The notes under the pieces were generated by a model, which worked only from the letters and a program-made list of their open reading frames with translations, did not search any database and was not told where the DNA came from. A stretch of 62,279 bases of DNA, filler included, from Dugesia japonica (Eukaryota): NCBI GenBank assembly GCA_001938525.1. It is 5 parts of 5 records of this genome, joined end to end, with 100 filler letters (N's around TTAATTAATTAA, not from the genome) between each part and the next. Parts side by side here need not be neighbours in the genome. Positions count along the whole stretch, not along the records: positions 52,672 to 62,279 come from MQRL01356175.1; 4 more parts are not named here. The stretch is one strand, 5' to 3'. A program made the translations under genes and the position numbers. Below are positions 53,560 to 62,279 of the stretch, piece after piece; positions within the stretch are counted from its first letter, which is position 1, and every line of letters begins with the position of its first letter.

Positions 53560-54966
53560 ATTAAAGGAAAAAATTTTCTACCCCTCCCCCGGGGCAGGGT
53601 GATCTAGAAAACTTTTTCTTTGTTTGTTTGGACATTGAAAAAATTTCCAAAAAAATATGAGTCTTTTCTACAAAAATCTACAAAATTTTTCTTTGTTTGG
53701 GGAAGAGGAGGGTGTCTTTGTTTTGACTTGGAATATTTTTCGAAAAATATGTATGACTCATCCTAGGAGTCATTGTCTTTGTTCTACATGACCGATGACT
53801 CATCAGAATGAGTCATGGTCTTTGTTCTAACCGCCGATGATTCATCAGGATGACTCATTTCTTTGTTTCAAAAATGATGAGTCATACAAATTTTTCATAG
53901 TCTTTGAGGTATAGGTCATTAACTACTTTGCTGAATTACATATTCTCAGGTTTATTCTTTTCTTCAGATTTTCAACTGATTTGTCATACAAACTATTGTT
54001 CATCAGCTTACAGTAAATTTTATCTAATTCGTTCACACTTTAAGCTCTTGATTTGGTGTTTTCATCGATGTATTGCTTGAAAATGTGATCTTGTGAAAAT
54101 ATAACTGCTCCGTGAACATTTGTAACTTGCATTAGTCTTTTTCATTTGTCTTTTATATATTATTAATAATATTGTCTGAGAAGCATATAATCTTAATATT
54201 GCCCGGAGCGATTAGTATTGATGTTAATACTGCTCATGGAGATTCACTTCAACATTTGAAAATTTAAAAAAAATAAGTTTTTCTATCGATTGTCTTTAAA
54301 AAATCCACAAAAATCATTAAATCACTTAATTTAAATAAAAATCCCAAAAATCAGTAAATTTATACAAATCATAAAAAACAAATAATTTGAACAAAAATAA
54401 AATTAAACATTAAAAAAAAATATTACGTCTGCGCAGGAAATTTAAATATTAAATTTGCGCGGGAATTTTTAATATTAAGTCGGCACAAGGATTATTAATA
54501 TTAAGTCTTCCCGGAGATTAATAATATTAAATCTGCACGAGAATTAAGCATCTGATAGTTGATATTGACTTAAAAGTATTTGTCATGGAAATGACCTTTA
54601 TCTACTTTTATTCGACCTCGATATATTCCACCATACAGATTATTAGATACTATCTCATGTTGACCTTGAAATATTTCAACTAATCAGATCGAATAATACT
54701 ATGTCACTTTGACCATGAAACATATCAACCAATCAAAAGTCAGGATACTATATCACTTTGACCTTGAAAATATTTTGACGAGTCAGAATCTAATATACTG
54801 TATCAGTTTGACTTTAAAAATTCAACCTTTAAATTTTTCACCAATCAGAATTGAGTATATTAGATCACGGACCAATCTGAATCAAGAATTTTGTATCAGA
54901 GACTTTGAAAAAAATTTCTTTTCAGGGGAGGAGAGGCGATACAGTGCGCTACTATTTACCTACTCT
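53560..54966. mobile_element. Polinton terminal region/TIR with tandem motif arrays
   Basis: TGACTCA/TGAGTCA array 53753-53886; 27-bp units 54420-54545; about 49-bp TGACCTTG/CCAATCAG units 54590-54885; terminus reads AGAGTAGGTAAATAGTAGCGCAC on the minus strand. Confidence 0.65.
53900..54135 (-). pseudogene. Protein-primed PolB fragment, copy 3
   Basis: IFKQYIDENTKSRA*..KLMNNSLYDKSVENLKKRINLRICN (motif B). Confidence 0.85.
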
Positions 54967-54979
54967 TATACCTGATTAC

Positions 54980-55935
54980 AAGGGTTCGTTATTGAAAATA
55001 TGAGTTTCACATTTGGAAAATAATGGCCTTATCATAGAAAATTATGGACTATTCATAAAAAATACAAGTTTTACCATGAGAAAATATTTATTAGAGTAAA
55101 CTTAGTCACTAATTATACTGAATTTATTATATACATAGTTATTTAATATGTTTAATTTATACACAATTTGTCTCTTTTTGCCGTATTTTGCAATATTTTT
55201 AGTCATTTACCAACATTACCCCTATTTGCATGATTTTCCCATATTTAGCCACATTTAGCTATATTTACCCTTATTTTCTACCATTTCTCATCATCTACAG
55301 TTATTTAGCTACATTTAGCTATATTTAAAATATTTGGCCATATTTTCTCTATTTTTAATTGGGTTTATTGCATATTTTAACTTCATATTTTCAAAGACTT
55401 CACTTCAATAATTTTAAAAGATTGTCATAAAGTGAGAAAAGAAGATATGTAAACTGAGTGATAGTGAGTAAGAGTTTATATTAAATGCTTTTTATTAAAA
55501 ATAATATAACTATTTCAGCCTATTTTAATCATCTAGTTATTTTTTCTTCTTTACTTGCAACTAGGCAACCCTGCTTGCTGTTTCATTTTATGGGATTCTT
55601 TTTTCTTTGCATAGCCAATATTCAAATACATTGTTGAAGATAAGATTTTAACATAGAAAATACGGATCTTATCTATAGAAATATTGATCTCAACATTAAA
55701 AATATTAGTTCCAATAGATAAAGTTATGGTTTCATCATTGAAAAAATGGGGTTAATCATGAAAATATGAGATTTTTATAATGAAATACTGATTTCAATTT
55801 GAGAAATATATGTTTTTATAATTAAATATAAGACTATTAAACCAGATACTTTCAATAAACCAATTTTTGTAAGTAGTCTCACTACATTATAATTTATTAT
55901 TATTTAGAACAACATATTGACAAACAAGTCATACA
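54980..55935 (-). repeat. Dispersed repeat, inverse of 30.7-31.7 kb
   Basis: For example aagtagtctc(c)actacattataatttattatt and tatttaatatgtttaatttatacacaatt. Confidence 0.8.
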
Positions 55936-56264
55936 TATTCAATTAATTCTCATTCAAATCAGGTTTTACTTCATTCGTATTAAGTTTCTTTGTTTTAATT
56001 TTGAGAAATGAATAATAGTAAGATGAATCAAGTGACAAAGGGTAAGTGTAAGAAGCCAAGAATGCGAAGGTAAGAAATATCGAGATTGCATTATCTAATT
56101 TTCTTGAAGTCATGGAATTTAATCTGAAATTTACATGAACCTTTCTCAATTCGATGAAATAATACTTAATCTTTTTTACCATCACTGGAAAATGACAGAA
56201 ACTTTCAAAAAATGGTTTAAATTTATTGAAACCTTTTTAAAGCTGGTTAATATTTCCGCATTCT

Positions 56265-56480
56265 ATTTAATCATCGTTGAAAAATTAGATCAAATACACG
56301 AATAATATTTGGTTTGATATGAATAGCAATTCAATGCTCACCATCCAAATTCGATGTATGTGTATTGATTACATATTATTCGTTTTATAAAAAGTTCGGT
56401 AATCGTTCCAGTAGATACACTATATTGAATTGCCAGTGGCCCAAATCACAAATCAATCTTGTTTCAATCTGGAAAGAACT
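56265..56480 (-). pseudogene. Polinton adenain-type cysteine protease, N-terminal part
   Basis: YVINTHTSNLDGEH*IAIHIKPNIIRVFD (N.....GxHW...FD motif). Confidence 0.8.
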
Positions 56481-56567
56481 ATTAACCAATAAATTATCTT
56501 ATTAAAAAAAGAATAATAAATTCTTCATGTAAATTCATAATAAATTCATTAAATGTATGTATTGTTT

Positions 56568-57395
56568 ATACAACCACTACTCCATTCTTAGTGATTTGAA
56601 TTTCCAAATCAAAAACTCCACATCCATACTTTGTCACGGATTCCGTCAAGACTTTATGAAATCGCGCATCCAAATTGAGATTTCCTGTTTTTGGCAATTG
56701 AGGTTGATCAATTGCAAAGTCCAAAGACAATATAAAAGTGAAAAACTTATAGGACTCTTCAAATTCCTTAATTGTAATACCATTGTTTTAATCTACAATC
56801 AACAGACTCATATTACGAGTATCAAAGTCAGTAGTAAATGTTTCTCGATAATCGACATTTCTCGCCAAGCATATTGATTTTACACCAAAATTTGAGAATA
56901 TCGAACAAAGTGAATCATAATCATCATTTGCTTGTTTCGATGATTAAAAAGCAATCAAAACAAATTTCGGTAATTGTTCATCAGAGAAAAGATTATCTTT
57001 ATATTCCCCACGCAAGGTCTTTGGAATTTTAAAATCCATAATTTTTGTTTTCTGCAGTACTAATTTTACTTCGATAATATACGGTTAGGGATTCTTCTCA
57101 GCTGTTTCTTTAACGTCTTTAGTATGTTTGTAAATTACCAAACCCACATTTCTCGTCAATTTAACTGTCATATTGATTCCCGACAACAAATAATTTGGAT
57201 GGTCAAATAAATCCAGATTAAGTGCACCACAGAGCGTTAGCTTTGCAAATGTTTCAATCCCACTTTTTCTCTTGTCAAATTCTTTATGAAAACCAATAGC
57301 TTCAAGAAACGTGATTTTGTATCCTATCTAAAATTTAAAGCGGCTTTAATTACCGCTTTTTGCATATACTTGTCATTTTTATCTTATACCATTAC
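56568..57395 (-). pseudogene. Polinton major capsid protein (double jelly-roll), decayed
   Basis: KAVIKAALNF, LTLCGALNLD..YLLSGINMTVKLTR, FSDEQLPKFVLIAF, FSNFGVKSICL, NNGITIKEFEESYKFFTFIL, KTGNLNLDARF..FDLEIQITKNGVVV*. Confidence 0.85.
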
Positions 57396-57399
57396 ATTA

Positions 57400-57935
57400 T
57401 TTAGTGTTAATGATGCTTCTCTGAATAGAGTGTGAAGCAAATAATTGGAAGGAATCATGTTAGTAGTATCAGTTGATGCAAAGTCCGTTCCATTCGTTGA
57501 ATGAATTAAAAGTTATGACTAGAATAAAGATGATCAATTTGGTTCATTAGATGTAACAAATCTTTATGGATCAATTCCGATTGAAGGACAAGAAAATCTT
57601 ATCGATATTGTAAGTGATTTCTTTGAGAGATATAAAAAACATACAGATATCCATGAAATCACTAAAAATGATTTCAAATCTTTTATTAATTTGTGTCTAT
57701 TTTCTAACAGCATTTTTATCGGTGAACAGCTTTTTAAACAAAAAAGTGGTCTGGCAATGTGTAACAATTTGTCTTCTATTTTAGCGATAATTTTTATGAA
57801 CTTCATTGCAAATGAATTTATTTCCAAAGCTGGAAGGAAGATACATCTTTGGTTCAGATATATAGACAATATTACTAATTCTTCATTAGAAAATATTTTA
57901 GAACTAGCCAATAGTATTAATGATTTACTTCAGAG
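57400..57935 (+). mobile_element. Penelope-like reverse transcriptase fragment
   Basis: GSLDVTNLYGSIP, FKQKSGLAMCNNLSSILAIIFM, WFRYIDNI. Confidence 0.88.
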
Positions 57936-57939
57936 GGGA

Positions 57940-60430
57940 AACCGAATTATGAATTGTTATTATTACCAGATCACTTTCAACAAACAATAGCAAATGTAAT
58001 GAAGAAAATATTGGGTTGATTTATAGTTTTTGGACAAGCAATGAAATGACTATTGGGAATAATATCCATTATGCAAATAATCAAAGTACTACTTACTCAA
58101 TTATTAGCTTGTTTCGATTTATACAAAAAGGAAAGGAGAATGTCATAGACAATGATTATGGGATTGTTCCCAGCTTGGGCTAAATCAGTCGTACTGAACA
58201 CTCATTCAAACGATATCAGAGTCAGGTGGGCGCAAGCGATAGGCAAATAGTTGAACAAATTAGTGCAATATAAGATGACATACGAAAACCAAAGGCCAGA
58301 AAAACATCCTATTTTGATGTATTTAAACCATGAAAACGACAATATAGCAGTACTGATTATAGTGATAATGTTACTTGTGGTAAACGTCAAAGACGAGGAG
58401 TTGTCCCAAAATAGGGATACGGAAAGGACCAGAGAGTGGTCCCGAAAAATTATCAAAATCAGCAATCAGATGGGAATATCGCGGAAGATAATATCTACAA
58501 ATAAGAGGGCTGAAGTAAAATCAATTTTTATGGTTATCCACAAATGAGAATACAACAGTGTGAAAATAACAAGCATTTTAGTAGATATCGAAGTGACGAC
58601 GAAAGACAATCTAGGAATGGAGAGAAATTAAATGAATATCGGGGTCAAGAGGAGCGACATTACAGATCCGGAAACGGGAGGTTACGGAGAAACAGTAAAG
58701 CATGGAAGTGGTTATGGTATTTGAGTTATAGAGCAGGAAATTGAGAACTAATCTACTATCCGAATGATGAATTACAGCAAATCAGCAGACAACACGAATT
58801 CAAGCAGAGCATGAAGCTAAAAAGAAATCTTATGGAATAACGGATAACGAAATCATTGGAACAACACCACCCAAAGATACAGATTTTAATATATGATAGC
58901 AAAGAAATAAATGCAAGGATACCAGAACTTTGCGTCAATGACAATGCCAGGTGATCAAGTGTTACTCAAAAAGTTGACAATTAACGGTAGAGACATAGAT
59001 TTTATGATCGATACCGGAGCGTATAGATCAATAATTGATAAACTAGTATTATATGAAGTAGACAAATAAGTGAAATTAGAACGACAGATAAATAAAAACG
59101 ACCAAACAAAGGACTATATTTAGTGTTAGAGACAACTGTGACAAATTTAAAAATGAAGGAAGTGGGAAAAACACTCAAGAAGCCAAGTATTGCTCATTTG
59201 TTGCGATGTAAATTGTATGCAACTAAAGATGACAATGATAGAGAAAGCGATGATGAAACCGTTAAAAGAGTAAAAGGAGTCAAAGTCAATCCAAAAACGG
59301 AAGACAGTGATGAGGAGATCAAGCCAAAGATTAAACAGGCAAAATGAGTTGGCTTCCAAAAACTAAATTAATTGATGAGGAGAATCGATACCCGATTAGA
59401 TCCAGGCAGCAGCTAATGATGAATACTGAGAGGACGAGGGAAACAGAAAGTATAATAAACGATGTTCAAGGAACAAAAAGTAATAAACAAGAGGAATGGC
59501 GGATATGCTGCAAAAAAAAACCAACTTCAGTACTTTTAAACAAGGAGCTAATGGGAAAGCGTGTTTTCATTGTTTACCGGTTATGTGTGATGATTTAGCC
59601 GACTTAGTGAAAAATCTGAGTCGTGAGTCAACCCTGGAAGAAAGAGACAAGTTTTAAATCAAAGGATCATCGTACAAGCAATGTGCTTGAACATTGATTA
59701 AACTATCAAGTATAACAAGTGAGTATCAACAATAGTGCAGAGGTTGTCTGAATTGTGCTCAGATGGTCACTACAACAGAAATCAGATTTGTACACAAGTA
59801 CTTAAAGGGGTTAACAGTCGCAAATCTTATACGGCTGAGTATAGAACCAACTCCGAGCGAGATTGTGCCACAATGTGAGATAGATAATAATTTAGATATT
59901 TTTAAGAATGGTGGTACCATACTTAAACAGTATTACTAATCTATAAAGAAGGGAGTGGCTCAAGTAATAAAACTAGATGGGGATAGTCCGACGAGATGTC
60001 ACGTGCGTAATTTTGAGAAGCAGATATGCGAGGCATGTCTGTTAGCGATTCAAATAATTACCAGAAAAAGGCAAGAACAGTTGATCTTTAATAGCAGTGT
60101 TCGAGCGGAGAACCCAATCGTTCCACATGTGAGCAGTGTAATGAAATAGCGTTCATACTGAAAGTAAATTCGGACTTATATAAGCAATGGTGTAATTGCT
60201 GACTGTATAAAGCCAAAGGAATTATTGACAATGAATTGGAGTGTTTACATTTACATATAAGACATTTTTGCATTGCATGGGTAGTCTTGCATGGTATGAG
60301 CAGTCTTGAAATTTTGAACAAATATGGATTGTATAATTTACCTTTTATAATTTATTACATTGTTTATATTTGTTTTAACGGATCAATTAAATTAACTCCA
60401 TCAAAACCCCAATCTTTCTCATTAATTCAT
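57940..60430 (+). mobile_element. Decayed gypsy-like LTR element (gag/protease remnant, PPT, LTR)
   Basis: LTINGRDIDFMIDTGAYRSII retropepsin motif at about 58975-59040; aaagaagggag PPT at about 59945; LTR-like tail. Confidence 0.65.
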
Positions 60431-60818
60431 TAATTATGATAACCAATATTAATTCCAGAGGTGTCAATGAGTACATGGAGGCTGAATTTTGTGAACCTGA
60501 TTGTATCGCGTGCGCAGAGTTTAACCTATATGTCGCTATAAAAAGCATTTGATTAAGTTAAATGATTATAATGAATATTTTTGTTATTATTAATAAATGT
60601 ATTATTATTAAGTCTTTGTTTTTTTATTTATCTAGGTTTTTTATTTAGTTATTTATTTTGTTTTATTTAATTATTTATTTATCTAGTTTTATTTATTAAG
60701 GCGTTTTTTATTAAGGTGTTTTTTATTTAGGTTTTTTTTCAAAACAAAAATAAAATTAACAAGATTTTTTTTTATAAATATTTAATTCAATAAAAGAAAT
60801 AACATCAAGTAAACAAAT

Positions 60819-61180
60819 TTAGATAGTCTTTGCAATATTTTTAAGTTTCCAAATGACTTCTACTGAATTAATGGACTTCTTGAAACCTTTANTCTCCACT
60901 TGAATTATATATGTACTATCGTCTTCATATTGGTTCTCGTCCTTTTCTATAAAACCTATATAAATAACCTCATTGACCTCAATTTGTCTGCTTAATATTG
61001 CAAACATGACTTCCAGTACATTTTTATTCTTAAATAAAATTAATTACTTTGAAGTCATGGATAATTGGAGTCTTCAAAAAGAACAACTTGTAATTATGGA
61101 AATCTGTAATTTTTCCAAGTTCCACAGTTATTGTTGAGACGTTTTCTTTAGTAAGTTGATTTTCTTGCATTTTTGAAAAA
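60819..61180 (-). pseudogene. Unknown ORF remnant, possibly Polinton-derived
   Basis: Two consecutive ORF pieces divergent from the acidic ORF across a CCAAT-rich duplicated promoter. Confidence 0.3.
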
Positions 61181-61204
61181 GAGATTAATGTTATGAAATA
61201 CTTT

Positions 61205-61425
61205 GCTTTTATACTAGTTGCGATACACACATATTCGTTATTTGTGAGTTCTTATTGGTTATTATTTACTATAATTGATTTGATTTGTTAATATTTTTTT
61301 GAACAGTTATGATTGGTTACTGAGTTTATTTACTAGTTGCAATACATACATACTCGTTATTTGTGAGTTCCTATTGGTAATTATTTACTATAATTGATGT
61401 GATTGGTTATTAAGTTTATATAAAT
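61205..61425. promoter_or_regulatory. Tandemly duplicated (about 120 bp) ATTGGTT/CCAAT-rich promoter with TATA
   Basis: tactagttgc.atac..a.at..tcgttatttgtgagttc.tattggt.attatttactataattgat occurs twice; same style as 52740-52850. Confidence 0.55.
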
Positions 61426-61465
61426 AGGACTATTTTTTTTTAAAAATAAATTCACTTTTCACAAA

Positions 61466-61710
61466 ATGAATACTTGTGAAATTTTTTTTTGAAAACACTG
61501 TTCAAGGAGAGGAAGAGTTTGAAGATGACATTAACCAGGAAGAAATAGAAAATGTAATGAACGCTAATGATAACGGAAAAGTCAATATTAATGAAGAAAT
61601 AATTGAAGAAACAACTATTGAAGATGAAAATATGGAAGATACATGTCATGATGATGGTGACAATAGTGGTTATTTTGAAATTGAAGACGAAAATTATGAA
61701 AATGTTTTTT
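61466..61710 (+). CDS. Highly acidic ORF, possibly the first exon of the Polinton acidic gene family
   Basis: EEEFEDDINQEEIE..IEDENMEDTCHDDGD; promoter layout like the 52.9 kb gene. Confidence 0.4.
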
Positions 61711-62207
61711 TTATGAAAAAAAGTCTTTCTTTTTATCCTCTTGTAAAGAAAAGTTTTAATTTGAATATTGTATCATGTAAATATCACAAAGACTCGCCTC
61801 TTTGAATATTTTAATAAAAGTTATGTTTTATTATGAAATTATCACAAAGAGCCCTCTTTGAAGTTTTTTGATAGATACATTTTTATAAATGCAACTCAGA
61901 AGCATTACAGTTGCAATACACATAGAATTTTAATCACATGCCTGAGAATATTTTTATAATTAAATGCAATAGGTATGCGACTCATTTGGAACTTGAATGC
62001 AACACATTTACACTAAAAATCACAAGACGGAGTATTTTTAATAAATTTCTCACCAAAAAATAAGTTTTTAAAACTCAATATAGCCACTATTTTGATTTCT
62101 TTTAAATAAATGCAATAGATATTCAACTCAGATGCTAAAAATAGATGCTCCCTATGTAAAATTAGTGGCTCTCCATTCAAAATTGTTCGGATGGTTCTGC
62201 ATGTTTG

Positions 62208-62279
62208 AAATATTAACTACCCAATTATATATGAAACCATTTCACAGTGGACATATATTACCTTGGAATAGTAATACTA
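62208..62279 (+). mobile_element. Penelope-like fragment at the window edge
   Basis: LTTQLYMKPFHSGHILPWNSNT, matching 17146-17218. Confidence 0.6.

Noticed and set aside
30740-55935. Inverted repeats at 30.7-31.6 and 55.0-55.9 kb (and 26.9 vs 51.5 kb) as TIRs of one giant element
   Set aside because: They span two contig linkers, further copies exist elsewhere (17.5 kb, 31.8 kb), and the Polinton-type terminus lies inside them; they are dispersed repeats.

Overview
Very AT-rich, gap-containing animal genomic DNA with short (about 45-70 nt) spliceosomal introns; the species cannot be determined. Four N-flanked TTAATTAATTAA linkers (about 14.1, 26.4, 40.25, 52.6 kb) suggest concatenated contigs, so adjacency across them is unproven. 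Host genes: six spliced exons of a RalGPS-type RasGEF (CDC25 end plus PH domain, 4.2-13.8 kb), a diverged PRP6 fragment, a terminal zinc-finger exon and Muscleblind-like CCCH exons. The rest is mostly decayed mobile DNA: several mariner/maT transposons, Penelope-like RT/GIY-YIG pieces, gypsy-like LTR remnants, and extensive Polinton/Maverick (endogenous DNA virus) remnants from 32 to 62 kb. These include three protein-primed PolB copies, a packaging ATPase, major capsid protein, adenain-type protease and terminal repeats. Most notable: (1) a Polinton carrying its own compact TBP-like gene head-to-head with the packaging ATPase, with a shared TATAAACAA(AATCA) motif in front of virion-module genes; (2) a spliced Muscleblind-like fragment inside that Polinton; (3) two copies of a covarying structured RNA leader before unrelated ORFs; (4) an array of compensated hairpins between convergent Polinton genes. 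All family calls come from manual translation and motif recognition, with no database search.
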